The notes under the pieces: model-generated | Databases searched by the model: none | Told to the model about the DNA's origin: nothing | The model's input: the letters and a program-made list of their open reading frames with translations, nothing else | Program-made: the position numbers and the translations under genes | Shown here: positions 8,175-18,252 of the stretch, piece after piece | Layout of the letters: every line of letters starts with the position of its first letter | Position numbering within the stretch: position 1 is the first letter of the stretch | Origin: a virus | Direction: 5' to 3' (one strand) | IMG/VR virus record: IMGVR_UViG_3300009030_000001 | Coordinates: 9,155-73,154 of that record | DNA: 64,000 nucleotides

Positions 8175-11048
8175 ATGGCCCTTCGGGATTTCGGCGCGAC
8201 TCTCATTCAGTTGGTATTCACCGTTGCCGGCGCCGCGGCTGGTGCTTACTTCGGCAACCCGATACTCGGTGCGAAGGCTGGTGCAGCAGTAGGCGCAGCG
8301 GTCGGCGGCGTGGTGGGATCTCTCGTCGCCAACGAACTGATCTATCCCGATGGGAGAATCGGTGATAGTCCGGCGACGATACTTCCAGATTTGACCAATA
8401 CCGCCGAGGGCGGTCCTGCGATCTATGCGTTCGGCAGCGGTGTCAGGGTGCGTGGTCAGTTGATCTGGATGTCGACAGTCTTCATCGACAACGGGCACCG
8501 AACAGCGCATGTGGCGATAGCCGTAAATCGTCGCCTGACCAATTCCTTGTTCGCGATCTACGCGGACGGCTACAAGATTTTCACCACGATAGGCACGCGG
8601 GTGATCGGCACTGGACAGGTCCAGATTCGTCACTTCTTGCAGACTCCGAACCTCGTATTCACCCGCCTAGATTCTCCAGGGGGGCAGGTTGATCTGACCC
8701 AAATCAAGGTCGGTGGTGGGGAGTTCAAGATCACCCTCAGTGGATTCTCCAAGCCACAGAACAATGCGGCCAAATTCTTGGTCTTGTTTACCGGCCGATT
8801 CAAATCAGGCGGCGGCACATACGTGATGCTGCGGGCTGAGGACATGACCACCTTCCTTCCGACGCCGTCGAACTTTGACGAGGGGATCACCCCGAATGTC
8901 ACGGTTACCGAAAAGATCACGATCGGTGTCAATCGTGATTTCGCGAAGGCGATCACGTTCCATGACGGCACAGCGGGACAGGCACTGGACCCTCTCATGG
9001 TTCAGCATCAAGTCGAGCCGGTCGCGCATGAAGGGCTGTCCTACTACGTCATCGACTCGCTGCGTCTGACGCAATTCGGCAACCGTGTTCCTCTAGACAC
9101 CACACATATACTGGTCGCGGACGATGCTACGTACACGCTGGGCGACGTGATTCGCGACGTGTTCGCGATCGGCGCTGCTCCGGCTCACCCCGACGGTCCA
9201 GTCGTCCCGAATACTGACGGCGTGACTGGCGCCTTGGATCAATTCAGAGGATTCGTCAGCTACGGTAACAATTCGATCGTCGGCAGGATGCAATCGCTGA
9301 TCACCGCCTACAACCTTCTCGCTCAGGTTCGCGACGATACCGTTTACATCTTCACCCCAGACAACGCCCGCATCTCATTCATCAACGAGTTCGAGTTCGG
9401 GATCACATCAGCGGCGACCGGTGCCGGGATCCGATTCTCCCCGGAGCGATCCGACAGCGAACTACCATCCGGCGTCACGTTGCATTTCTCCGATGTGGAC
9501 AAGAACCTGGAGGATGCGGCGGTCGACGAGCACAAGACGAGGAACGAATTTCGCCATGACAACATGGTGAATGTGGACCTTCGCGCCCATTCGCTAACAG
9601 TGTCTGAGGCACGTTCAATCGCACTTCGAATTCTGTGGGAGCCGTCACGACAGCGACAGGCATGGCGTGGGTCATTGCCGGCGAATTTCTACTACCTGCT
9701 CGAAAACGACGCGATCAACACCACGGTGAACGGGGAGAAGGTGAAGCTCCTGATCAAGAAGATTGACCAGGGCGCGATGGGGACGATTGAGTTGGAGGGG
9801 TTCGTGATCACCGATCCCATCACCCTCAGCATCGCTGAGTCATCTACCTTCGAAGACTTCTCGACCGACGATTCAGAGGTCAACGATGGCCGCTCCCAGT
9901 TGACTCTTGCGATCTGCGAACTGCCTGCACTGACGCCGGACGAGATCGTAGAGCCGTCCTATTACCTGCCGGTCGCATCGTACGGCGAGCGTCGGATCGA
10001 GTCGGCGCAGATCCAACAGACCTGTGATTGTGACGGGGTGACATTCGAGAAGATTGCGGATGTAGTTGATGAGGCGGCGATAGGGATCGTCGTCGATGGC
10101 TCAGACTTCCAAGACCGCGCGATACCGAATCAGTTTGATCGAGAGTCGTCGATCGATGTCGTGCTATTTCAGGGCACGCTACGAGCGCATGAAGAGCCGA
10201 TGGTGCTGTGCGGTTCGAATCTAGCCTGCGTCGATGGCGAGGTATTCGCGTTCTCTGGCGTCGAGGATCTTGGGTTCGTCGATGATGAACTCGGTCGAGT
10301 CTACCGGCTGACTACGATGCTGCGGGGCATGATGGACACCGATCCTAGCCACCGGCCCGAGCGTGGCGTTCAATTCGTCATGCTCACGAATCACGCCGCG
10401 TTGAACCCGATCAGAATCCCCTGGGGGTCGATCGGATCCCCACGCACGGTACGAGCCACAACTGGCGGCGATGTTCTCGATGACGAGGTATTCGATGCGG
10501 ACACGTTCACCCCGCTCGCGCACAACCTTCGTCCGTTCGCGGTTGTCAACATCACCGGGTCGATCGATGGCTCGGACAACTGGAACATCTTCTGGGTTCG
10601 ACGCTCGCGTTACCCCGGGTTCCGAGTCGTGTCGCAGTTCAACGATCAAGACGTGGACGCCAGACTGTACCAAGTAGAGATCTTGGATGGCCCGAACGGA
10701 ACGATCAAGCGATCGACGACGGGGGTCACTGAGTCGTTCCAGTATCTGTCCGCTGATCAGGTCACCGACTTTGGTTCCAACCAGACCCGAATCTACGTGC
10801 GGATCAGTCGCATCGGAACCTGGGGCATCGGTAAGCCTGCTGAAGCTACGCTCCCAGGTGACATCGTCTACGGCCGGTCAAATGCTGACGGTGTTGCCAC
10901 TGCGGTAGCCACTGGCAAACTCATCGCAGGCGGAAAGGCGTTGGCTGACGGCGTTGCTACAGCGACGGCGCGAGGCGTCCGAATCATCCAGGGAACTGCT
11001 ACAGCGGCAGGAACATCAACAGCAACCGCAGATGGAAACGTGATCTAG
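8175..11048 (+). CDS. tail tip / host-specificity protein (GTA-like phage tail protein)
   Basis: 957 aa; G..IYAFG..RVRGQLIW, L..FGNRVP, ELPSGV.LHFSD, NLACVDGEVFAF, LRG..DT, W.RRSR motifs. Confidence 0.82.
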   Translation: MALRDFGATLIQLVFTVAGAAAGAYFGNPILGAKAGAAVGAAVGGVVGSLVANELIYPDGRIGDSPATILPDLTNTAEGGPAIYAFGSGVRVRGQLIWMSTVFIDNGHRTAHVAIAVNRRLTNSLFAIYADGYKIFTTIGTRVIGTGQVQIRHFLQTPNLVFTRLDSPGGQVDLTQIKVGGGEFKITLSGFSKPQNNAAKFLVLFTGRFKSGGGTYVMLRAEDMTTFLPTPSNFDEGITPNVTVTEKITIGVNRDFAKAITFHDGTAGQALDPLMVQHQVEPVAHEGLSYYVIDSLRLTQFGNRVPLDTTHILVADDATYTLGDVIRDVFAIGAAPAHPDGPVVPNTDGVTGALDQFRGFVSYGNNSIVGRMQSLITAYNLLAQVRDDTVYIFTPDNARISFINEFEFGITSAATGAGIRFSPERSDSELPSGVTLHFSDVDKNLEDAAVDEHKTRNEFRHDNMVNVDLRAHSLTVSEARSIALRILWEPSRQRQAWRGSLPANFYYLLENDAINTTVNGEKVKLLIKKIDQGAMGTIELEGFVITDPITLSIAESSTFEDFSTDDSEVNDGRSQLTLAICELPALTPDEIVEPSYYLPVASYGERRIESAQIQQTCDCDGVTFEKIADVVDEAAIGIVVDGSDFQDRAIPNQFDRESSIDVVLFQGTLRAHEEPMVLCGSNLACVDGEVFAFSGVEDLGFVDDELGRVYRLTTMLRGMMDTDPSHRPERGVQFVMLTNHAALNPIRIPWGSIGSPRTVRATTGGDVLDDEVFDADTFTPLAHNLRPFAVVNITGSIDGSDNWNIFWVRRSRYPGFRVVSQFNDQDVDARLYQVEILDGPNGTIKRSTTGVTESFQYLSADQVTDFGSNQTRIYVRISRIGTWGIGKPAEATLPGDIVYGRSNADGVATAVATGKLIAGGKALADGVATATARGVRIIQGTATAAGTSTATADGNVI

Positions 11049-11052
11049 AGCC

Positions 11053-11559
11053 ATGGTAACGACCAAGAATCTCAACCTCACCCATATCGCCGACAGCGCG
11101 AACCAAGCCGCGGCGGTCAACACGGCATTGAACATCATCGACGCGATGACGCGCGGCGGCGTTGCCATCAACGAGACCGACACGCCGCCTGGGTCTCCAG
11201 GAGAAGGTGATACCTACATCGTCGGCACGGCACCGACAGGTCTATGGTCTTCGAACCCGGAGGACATAGCGATGTACTTCACCGGTTGGGTGTTCGTCAC
11301 GCCGAAGAAGGGTTGGCTCGTGCACGAACAGACCAACGACATCGACAGGTTCTTCGATGGCGCGAGCTGGATCAACCATCGGCAAGGCGATGCGGTAACC
11401 AGCTTGACCGACAACAGTGGCGGTGCCGCCTCCAATACGATCGCATCGATCGGTGCGACCTACGATCAGAACGAGGTCCGCAACGCGGTGGCGTCTCTCG
11501 CAGCCAAGATCAACACGCTCATCTCGCGAATGGAGGGGAACGACTCCCTGGCACCATAG
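11053..11559 (+). CDS. DUF2793-like tail fibre-associated protein
   Basis: VNTALNIID...PPGSPGEGDTYIVG..PTGLW...W.F.TPKKGW. Confidence 0.8.
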   Translation: MVTTKNLNLTHIADSANQAAAVNTALNIIDAMTRGGVAINETDTPPGSPGEGDTYIVGTAPTGLWSSNPEDIAMYFTGWVFVTPKKGWLVHEQTNDIDRFFDGASWINHRQGDAVTSLTDNSGGAASNTIASIGATYDQNEVRNAVASLAAKINTLISRMEGNDSLAP

Positions 11560-11561
11560 CC

Positions 11562-11876
11562 ATGCAAGCATCGAAGGTAGTACTGGCCCGTGACGGCGAG
11601 CCTTCGCTCGCGTTCCACGGTGTCATGATTGCGCAGGCTGGTCGGCGACGAAGCGGACAGATCCGTTGGCATGTACTACGGGTCTACCAGACCGACGATG
11701 AGCCGTCACGTTTCGTGGTGCACACGATCAAGTACAGCACTGAGTCGACGGAACGGATCCTGTCGTCGGTGGAAGTCTTGGAATCGCTCGACGACTTTGG
11801 ACAGCAATTCGGTGGAAAGGCGCTCGGCAAGATCGTCTGTGAGCAGTTGAAGATCGACAACGTGGAGGAAGTGTGA
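11562..11876 (+). CDS. hypothetical protein (RDG-x-L-F-G / RW-L-VY family)
   Basis: Start ATG 11562; paralogous to 11873-12175 and 18864-19175. Confidence 0.6.
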   Translation: MQASKVVLARDGEPSLAFHGVMIAQAGRRRSGQIRWHVLRVYQTDDEPSRFVVHTIKYSTESTERILSSVEVLESLDDFGQQFGGKALGKIVCEQLKIDNVEEV

Positions 11877-12175
11877 GGTACACGTTCACGGACGAAGATG
11901 GTGGCACGCACGAGTTCGTTGCGGTGAGCGTGGTGGTGCACTCCACTCGTGGGGCTAGGAGTCTGCGATGGTACGAGGGCACGCTGATCAAGACCGTCGA
12001 TGGTACCTGGGCGTGCCAGATCCTGGGGAAAAGTCAGGTGGAAGGGGAGACAACCCGAGTAGTTCTGCACACGGCCCGAACCGACCGGGAGTTGACGGCC
12101 AAGTTAGGGCAGACTCCGGTGGCGCAGAAGCTGTACCAGTTGGCCAGAGTGGACAACGTGGAGTGGTTGGAGTAG
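11873..12175 (+). CDS. hypothetical protein, paralogue of the upstream gene
   Basis: GTGA overlap; RW-E-L-T-G motif; shared DNVE ending. Confidence 0.6.
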   Translation: MRYTFTDEDGGTHEFVAVSVVVHSTRGARSLRWYEGTLIKTVDGTWACQILGKSQVEGETTRVVLHTARTDRELTAKLGQTPVAQKLYQLARVDNVEWLE

Positions 12176-12294
12176 GGGTCCAGGTTTTTCGCTACCCCCA
12201 CATCTTGCGGCTTCCATCCAGCGTCGTAGACGGTAGTCTACCGGTCTATCAGAACCGTATACGGTAACCAACCAAACCCACGGAGGAAGGCCCC

Positions 12295-12669
12295 ATGGCC
12301 CTGGAACAGTTCAATCTGGAATCCCTGAACACGATCGACGATGGTCGCATTCGCGAGGCGGTGAACGCCGCTCTGAAGCGGTGCGATGCGGATTGTCGCG
12401 ATCGGCCAGCGTTGAAGGACGCGCGGAAGGTGGTCGTCGAAATCTCGCTCGAACCACAGGTCGGCGACGACGGCAATCTGCACAGCGTGGACGTATCGTT
12501 CTCGGTGAGCGACAAGCAGCCGAAGCGGAAGTCCCGCACCTACAACATGGCGTCGGTTCCCGGCGGCCTACTTTTCAACGAGCGGTCTCCCGAAGACATC
12601 AAGCAGGGAACGCTCGACCTAGATACCGGCCCCACGAAGGCCGTAGGAGAAGCTGCCGATGCTCGCTGA
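12295..12669 (+). CDS. conserved phage protein (partner of DUF2303-like gene)
   Basis: RBS GGAGG; DRP...RKVVVEISLEP motif. Confidence 0.6.
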   Translation: MALEQFNLESLNTIDDGRIREAVNAALKRCDADCRDRPALKDARKVVVEISLEPQVGDDGNLHSVDVSFSVSDKQPKRKSRTYNMASVPGGLLFNERSPEDIKQGTLDLDTGPTKAVGEAADAR

Positions 12670-13408
12670 ACTCGTAGACCGTCTCGTCAATCTCGGTCAG
12701 GAAGTTGACGATCCAAGGTTCGTCACGATCGAAGCACTTCGCAAGATCATCATCAAGGGTAAGGATGGCGAGAGCGAAATGCTGGACATCCCGCCGCCGG
12801 ATCGGGCGCACTTCATTAACTCCTACGACGACATAGCGCGGGTGGTCGAAATCCTTGGGAGTGAAGATTCTGAGGTTTGGGTCGGCGCAAAAGCAGTGCA
12901 TATCGTTCTTGATGGCGAGAAGCGACGCGACAAGGTTTTAGTCACGGTCGGCAGATCTACGATGTTCGGGACACTCGTAAACATGGAGTGGGATCCGCTT
13001 CGCCTGTCGCCGCGCGCCGCGGTTAAGTTCATGCGCTTCGAGATGTCAGGTAGGTTCCCGAATCTGGAACAGGCGTTTGGCCGTGTCGACTTCAAGCGCA
13101 AGAGCGACGGCAGCGTGGTAACGGAGCACGGCAGGGAATCGATGGGGAAAGCCGTGGAAGCTGTTGTGCAGAACATCGAGAGCATCCCGTCCACGTTCAC
13201 GGCGGAGATCCCGATCTGGAAGAACAGCGGATTCCTGGGCTATAAGGCTTCGATCTCTGTCGGGGTCTACATCGACATGGAGGAGGAGTTGTTCGAGTTC
13301 CGGACGCTGCCAGACCAGTGCGAATTGGCGGTGAACTCCGCGGTCAGCCAGTTGGCGACGGATCTGCGCGCGAACCTGTCCTGCCCTGTCTTCGAGGGCT
13401 GCCCGTAG
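12659..13408 (+). CDS. DUF2303-like phage protein
   Basis: 249 aa; IPSTFTAEIPIW motif; typical gene pair with 12295-12669. Confidence 0.5.
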   Translation: MLAELVDRLVNLGQEVDDPRFVTIEALRKIIIKGKDGESEMLDIPPPDRAHFINSYDDIARVVEILGSEDSEVWVGAKAVHIVLDGEKRRDKVLVTVGRSTMFGTLVNMEWDPLRLSPRAAVKFMRFEMSGRFPNLEQAFGRVDFKRKSDGSVVTEHGRESMGKAVEAVVQNIESIPSTFTAEIPIWKNSGFLGYKASISVGVYIDMEEELFEFRTLPDQCELAVNSAVSQLATDLRANLSCPVFEGCP

Positions 13409-13511
13409 GGTCGGCGAGGATCGCCTGTGCTGGCCCCGTCGCCTGATCTCGCCATGATCGGACACGGGGCTGGCCGGGGGCGGTAGGCGGGAACGTGGGC
13501 TGGATTGTGGG

Positions 13512-13540
13512 TTGACTCGGACTCTGCTACTGCCTATGAT
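13512..13540 (+). promoter_or_regulatory. sigma70-type promoter, probably giving a leaderless mRNA
   Basis: TTGACT-17 nt-TATGAT; ATG at 13547 lies 6 nt downstream with no RBS. Confidence 0.65.
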
Positions 13541-13546
13541 TCCGGC

Positions 13547-13747
13547 ATGAGTGACACGCCAAGGATGGTTGCGGCTCGGGCTGGCCTCAAGCGGTTCGAA
13601 GGCAACCCCTGTCCCAAGTGCGATGGCACGATCCGGCACACTTCGAGTGGTTCATGCGTCCGCTGCACCATCAAACGGGCGACCGCCAGGACCAACGAGA
13701 TCCGTGAGACGCTGCGGGAGGCTGCGAAGAATGAGGCTGATTCCTAG
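13547..13747 (+). CDS. small zinc-finger protein
   Basis: CPKC...CVRC. Confidence 0.6.
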   Translation: MSDTPRMVAARAGLKRFEGNPCPKCDGTIRHTSSGSCVRCTIKRATARTNEIRETLREAAKNEADS

Positions 13748-14480
13748 GCACTGGGACAGGTTCCAGCACTACCGGCATCGTCGACCACCGTGGATCAAGG
13801 TGCACCGGTGCCTTCTAAGCGATCCCGCTTTCATGTCGCTAGCACTTGCTAGCAGGGCGCTAGCAGTATGCCTCTGGTTGCTGGCGTCCGAATCCAGTGA
13901 TGGCACCTTCGATGCGGATGCGGACCAACTGTCATTCGACCTTCGCATTACAGAAGCCGAACTACTGTCGGCATTTACGCCTCTTCTTGAATCGGGATTG
14001 TTTCTTGATGCTAGCACTATGCTAGCGCCTGCTAGCAATCCCCTCTGTACCTCTGTACCTCTGGACTCTGTACCTCTGGACTCTGGCCGTACTTCTTCAG
14101 CATCTCTCAACGGCTCTTCTGATTTGGTAGAGCAACAGACCCAAGGTACTCCAGTACGTACACACCGACCTTCAGTCGACCTTGAGCCTTTCGAGAGGTT
14201 CTGGGAAGCCTTCGACAAGAAGATTGAGAGGAAGAAGGCCGTAGATGTCTGGAAGAAGATCAGGCCGGACGATGCCCTGACGGAGATGATCCTTCGCGCC
14301 GCCACGGCCTACCGGGAGGCGACCCCGGACAAGTCATTCCGCAAGGGCGCGTTCCGGTGGCTCAGGGACGAGGGTTGGACTGACGAGATAGTGAAGCGTG
14401 GGGGTAAGTGCCACGACGGCCCAGCCCACCCCGCAGAGACTTTCAACGATACGGACTACGGAACGACAGGGGCGATCTGA
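13731..14480 (+). CDS. phage replication initiator (lambda O-like)
   Basis: WDRFQHY..RRPPWIK N-terminus; C-terminal FERFWEAF.KK...WL..E.W.DE; sits upstream of a DnaC-like gene. Confidence 0.8.
   Translation: MRLIPRHWDRFQHYRHRRPPWIKVHRCLLSDPAFMSLALASRALAVCLWLLASESSDGTFDADADQLSFDLRITEAELLSAFTPLLESGLFLDASTMLAPASNPLCTSVPLDSVPLDSGRTSSASLNGSSDLVEQQTQGTPVRTHRPSVDLEPFERFWEAFDKKIERKKAVDVWKKIRPDDALTEMILRAATAYREATPDKSFRKGAFRWLRDEGWTDEIVKRGGKCHDGPAHPAETFNDTDYGTTGAI
13838..14088. repeat. probable origin iterons inside the initiator gene
   Basis: Six GCTAGC palindromes in two triplets (13838, 13848, 13859; 14010, 14021, 14031), then tandem CTCTG(T/G)AC repeats at 14043-14088. Confidence 0.55.
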
Positions 14481-15103
14481 TGGAGATTGACACCGCACGA
14501 TTGGATGCTATGGGGATTCCTCTCCGGTTCCAGTCTGTCACCTTGGACAACTACGTCGCGGAGACCGATGGGCAACGGGCCGCTCTCAAATGGGCGATGG
14601 AGTTCGCGGCAGGATTCCAGACTAACAGTCGATCCGCACTTCTCGTCGGCAAGCCTGGCACCGGCAAAACCCACCTTGGGATCGGGATTGCCATGGAGAC
14701 TCTGAAGTCCCCATGCGCCGCTAGGTTCTGCGAGGCGACCGTATCCTATGTCTATTTTGAACCCGTGCTCTACATCTCGGTATCGGATGCGATCCAGAGG
14801 GTGAAGAATTCATGGAATGAAGCTGGTGAATCCGAAAGTCAAGTTCGCGAATCGATGACCAAACCGCGGCTCCTGATCCTTGACGAGATCGGCATTCAAT
14901 TCGGTACCGACTTCGAACGAAACTTTCTGTTCGACATCATCGACAAGCGGTATCTGGACATGAAGCCGACAATACTGATTAGCAACAAGACGCTGGAAGG
15001 TGTCACCGACTACTTAGGCCCGCGGGTGATCGATCGTCTTCGTGAGGACGGCCTGGATTTGATTGCCTTCGGTTGGGAGTCTCACCGAGGAAAAAAGACA
15101 TGA
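14480..15103 (+). CDS. DnaC/IstB-like helicase loader ATPase
   Basis: Walker A GKPGTGKT, Walker B LLILDEIG, IIDKRY...PTILISN, RVIDRL. Confidence 0.9.
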   Translation: MEIDTARLDAMGIPLRFQSVTLDNYVAETDGQRAALKWAMEFAAGFQTNSRSALLVGKPGTGKTHLGIGIAMETLKSPCAARFCEATVSYVYFEPVLYISVSDAIQRVKNSWNEAGESESQVRESMTKPRLLILDEIGIQFGTDFERNFLFDIIDKRYLDMKPTILISNKTLEGVTDYLGPRVIDRLREDGLDLIAFGWESHRGKKT

Positions 15104-15351
15104 CTTATTCCTATCCTGGATTCCGCCGCAAGATCGTCGTCTTCGGCGAGACCTACAAGGCGCTCGACGTGGATGACAAAACGAACCCGGAAGACCCGAT
15201 TGTCCTCTACCAGAACGTGACGGAGAAAGGCAGTTCGCCCCGCGCCGCGCCGATGTCCGATTGGATTGCTTGGGACGTGAACGCCACCAACGCTCGGCAA
15301 AGGGTGATCGACTGCCAAAACGGCAGAGCGGAAGGCGAGAAAAACCGATGA
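15100..15351 (+). CDS. hypothetical protein
   Basis: ATGA-coupled ORF. Confidence 0.5.
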   Translation: MTYSYPGFRRKIVVFGETYKALDVDDKTNPEDPIVLYQNVTEKGSSPRAAPMSDWIAWDVNATNARQRVIDCQNGRAEGEKNR

Positions 15352-15356
15352 TTCCC

Positions 15357-15425
15357 TTGAACAACCGCACACAACCCCGATAGTGAACCCGTCGGCCATG
15401 TGGCCAGCACGAACACGGAACCAGG
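15357..15425 (+). promoter_or_regulatory. diverged third copy of the repeated promoter/leader cassette
   Basis: TTGAACAA...CCCCGATAGTGAACCCGTCGGCCATGTGG...GGAACCAGG resembles the copies at 27483 and 58251. Confidence 0.5.
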
Positions 15426-15444
15426 AAGCCCACAGGAGGGCGCG

Positions 15445-15696
15445 ATGCAGAACAGCACGGACAGGACCACCAAGAACGAGCCGAGGATCCTTTCCATCCA
15501 CCGGGTGGGCGGACTTGAACTGGCTAGATTCCTCACCCGCTTCGGCGACGTCGTCTGGATGGTTTCGGATCCCAACGAGAGCGGACACCATGGCGTGTGC
15601 CAGGGCGATCGATTCAAAGCGATCAACTTCCTTCGCGAGATGCGAACCGCGGCGGCTAGTCGGTACGCTCGGTGGGTTGCGAGGCAGATACGATGA
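15445..15696 (+). CDS. hypothetical protein
   Basis: RBS AGGAGG; coupled to the next gene. Confidence 0.5.
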   Translation: MQNSTDRTTKNEPRILSIHRVGGLELARFLTRFGDVVWMVSDPNESGHHGVCQGDRFKAINFLREMRTAAASRYARWVARQIR

Positions 15697-16007
15697 GCAA
15701 GCACACACATATACCTTGGCCGGAACTTGCAAAGCCGCTCGTTCGGACCGGGAAACGTCTATTCGATCAGCGGCCTCGACACTACGGAAATTGCGCGGTG
15801 ATGTCCTACGACGACTACGCCTACGCTCGGAGTTGTGTGAATGTGCATGCCGGACTCGTGGCTGCGCTGAAGAACGCAGTACAAGAATTGGAGCGGTTGC
15901 GGGATGTCCACCTTCCTCGTTTCGATGACAAGATCGGTGAACCCGACCTTGATGTGCTGGACCAAGCCCGCGCCGCACTCAAGGCCGCTAAGGAAGACAC
16001 GCCATGA
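15693..16007 (+). CDS. hypothetical protein (HTPxPW family)
   Basis: MSKHTHIPW...CVNVHAGLVAAL...ARAAL. Confidence 0.55.
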   Translation: MSKHTHIPWPELAKPLVRTGKRLFDQRPRHYGNCAVMSYDDYAYARSCVNVHAGLVAALKNAVQELERLRDVHLPRFDDKIGEPDLDVLDQARAALKAAKEDTP

Positions 16008-16315
16008 CCGACCAATCGAACATGCACCCTGCGGTTCTCCTGAAGCGCATCATCACGCTTGAAGACGGCGCATCCCGACTGGAGGCCAAACTCGACGAGG
16101 CCGCTCGTCGCCTAATCGACGTAATCGAAGCGACGGGAAGCGGTCTCCACAAACGTATCGATGATCTAGATTCCATGCGAGCCAACATCGCGGCCAGGGC
16201 GTTACAGAGCATCCTCGTCTCGCCTACGGAGCCGACGACTCCACCAGTGATACAAGCTGTGCGGCTTGCGGATATGCTCCTAGACGAACTCGCAAAAGAC
16301 AAAGGTGAAGCATGA
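16004..16315 (+). CDS. hypothetical protein
   Basis: Coupled ORF; IAARALQSIL...AVRLADMLLDEL phage motif. Confidence 0.55.
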   Translation: MTDQSNMHPAVLLKRIITLEDGASRLEAKLDEAARRLIDVIEATGSGLHKRIDDLDSMRANIAARALQSILVSPTEPTTPPVIQAVRLADMLLDELAKDKGEA

Positions 16316-16653
16316 TGACCAAGACCAAGAGCACAGCAGTCGAGAGCAAGCACACGCCGACGCCTTGGGTAGTTGCCGCCGGTAGCGACACCGTTTACGC
16401 GGGTCCAATCTTCGTCTGTGACCTTGAATTGGACGACGGCGACCTTGAGGTAATGGCCGCCAACGCCGAGCACATCGTCCTCTGCGTGAACGCGCACGAC
16501 GGGTTGGTGGCTGCGTTGGAGTCGATCCTTGAGGAAGCGGTGTACATCGTCAAGCACGATTCACCGGGGGGCGAGTTGCTTGGCTATCTGCAAACGGTTC
16601 GAGGAACATCCCGCGCCGCCCTCACCCGCGCCGCCAATGGAGAAGACTCATGA
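16312..16653 (+). CDS. hypothetical protein (HTPxPW family)
   Basis: HTPTPW...ANAEHIVLCVNAHDGLVAAL. Confidence 0.6.
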   Translation: MMTKTKSTAVESKHTPTPWVVAAGSDTVYAGPIFVCDLELDDGDLEVMAANAEHIVLCVNAHDGLVAALESILEEAVYIVKHDSPGGELLGYLQTVRGTSRAALTRAANGEDS

Positions 16654-17045
16654 CCACAACCGACACCAAGCAACAGCACACGGCGGGACGGTTGGCGGTC
16701 GCTGACAACGACTCCGATTCGGGATGCAAGATCATCAACGCCGAGGGTCGAACGGTTGCGCTGACGAATCCGCCCGGGCCTCCTGTGAAAGAGTGTCAAG
16801 CCAACGCCGCCCACATCATCCACTGCTGGAACATGCATGACGAGTTGGTGACGGCGCTGGAAACCATGACGAGATATGCCGAGACGCTCGCTGAGCACGT
16901 CGACTTGCGCGACCTCGGCGGTGATGACGGCCAAGGTCACTTCGAAGGCCCAGCCCTGTTCGCCGGAGCCGTCACACATGCCCACGAAACCCTCGCCGCC
17001 ACCCAACAACCCACCCCCAACACGGAGACCATCGATGCCGACTGA
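16650..17045 (+). CDS. hypothetical protein (HTPxPW family)
   Basis: HTAGRL...ANAAHIIHCWNMHDELVTAL. Confidence 0.6.
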   Translation: MTTTDTKQQHTAGRLAVADNDSDSGCKIINAEGRTVALTNPPGPPVKECQANAAHIIHCWNMHDELVTALETMTRYAETLAEHVDLRDLGGDDGQGHFEGPALFAGAVTHAHETLAATQQPTPNTETIDAD

Positions 17046-17253
17046 CGAAGACCTGATGACGATTCGACAGAAGCTCCAGGAGACCGAGAGCGAGCGGGAC
17101 ATCCTCCAGGGAGAGTTGAACTTCCACCGGAAGCGCGATCCATTGCTGGTGGAGTTCATCCGCAAGTACTCCTACCACTCCACCAACTGTCGCTACCCAC
17201 AACTGTCCTGTAACTGCGGGTACTCAAGAGCCCGTGCGAGGTGTGATGTATGA
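17035..17253 (+). CDS. small His/Cys protein
   Basis: H..NC.....CNCG; RBS GGAG. Confidence 0.5.
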   Translation: MPTDEDLMTIRQKLQETESERDILQGELNFHRKRDPLLVEFIRKYSYHSTNCRYPQLSCNCGYSRARARCDV

Positions 17254-17789
17254 GTGAGAAGACTACGGACGAGTGTCGTCACAAGATGGTGATGCTGAAG
17301 GATTCCGCCCACGCGTACTGCGAAATCTGCTGCGAGTGGGAATCGAAGATTCAATCCAAGCGCATCGCCGAACTGCTCGCCCTCGCCTACGAAGGTGATA
17401 TCCACTACCCCAGTCACACCTACAAGACACGGCTGGAGGAAACGAAGGAAGAGTTAGACACGGTCAAAGATGCGGGCCGCGCCATGGAAATCGAGCGGAA
17501 CACCGCGAACGATCTAGCAGAGAAGGCGGTCGAAGAGGCCAACGGCCTACGACGAGAGCGGGACGAACTCAAAGCCGAAGTTGAGCGGTTGCAGAAAGAA
17601 CCAATGCACCCCGCCCATCTGTACCGAGACCACATCACGAAGTTGCTGGCCGAGATTGCTAAACTACAGGCTGTGGAGAAGGTGGCGCGGTTCATCTTCC
17701 CGATGAACTCAAGACGATGGCCAGAGACTCTGCGTGATGCCCTTGCCGAATATGCTGCCATTCCTGACAAGGAGCCCGCCCATGACTAA
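17250..17789 (+). CDS. hypothetical coiled-coil protein
   Basis: Coupled ORF with heptad-rich centre. Confidence 0.55.
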   Translation: MSEKTTDECRHKMVMLKDSAHAYCEICCEWESKIQSKRIAELLALAYEGDIHYPSHTYKTRLEETKEELDTVKDAGRAMEIERNTANDLAEKAVEEANGLRRERDELKAEVERLQKEPMHPAHLYRDHITKLLAEIAKLQAVEKVARFIFPMNSRRWPETLRDALAEYAAIPDKEPAHD

Positions 17790-18252
17790 CCCCACCATAC
17801 GCAAAGACGTGAATGACACCATGAGTGAGAAGACGGCAAGGGAGTTGGTTCAGCATCTCGGCATCGTTGCGTTCAACCATGGCGTATTCTGTGAAAGGGG
17901 CGACGGGAAACGGCCAGAACGGAACGAAGAACGCACCAAACGCGCGGAGTTGGAAGACACCCTTACCACCACTCTAGAAGAAGCGCGGAAGGACAGGGAC
18001 ACGGCTATCGGCAACCTCAATCACACCTGTGACGAGCAGAACGAAGTGATCGCGGACTGGAAGCGAGAAGAAGCTACCATCCGTGCCGAGAACCTGCGCC
18101 TGCGGGCGGCGTTGAGACACGCCCAGAGCTGGATGTACTGGATGGCGAGGATGGACAGTTTCCACGACGGCGCTCACAAGGATACCTTCAACAAGGACAT
18201 CGCCGATATCCGCGCCGCCCTATCCACACCAACCCCAACGGAGGGTTCGTGA
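17782..18252 (+). CDS. hypothetical coiled-coil protein
   Basis: RBS AAGGAG; coupled ORF. Confidence 0.5.
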   Translation: MTNPTIRKDVNDTMSEKTARELVQHLGIVAFNHGVFCERGDGKRPERNEERTKRAELEDTLTTTLEEARKDRDTAIGNLNHTCDEQNEVIADWKREEATIRAENLRLRAALRHAQSWMYWMARMDSFHDGAHKDTFNKDIADIRAALSTPTPTEGS

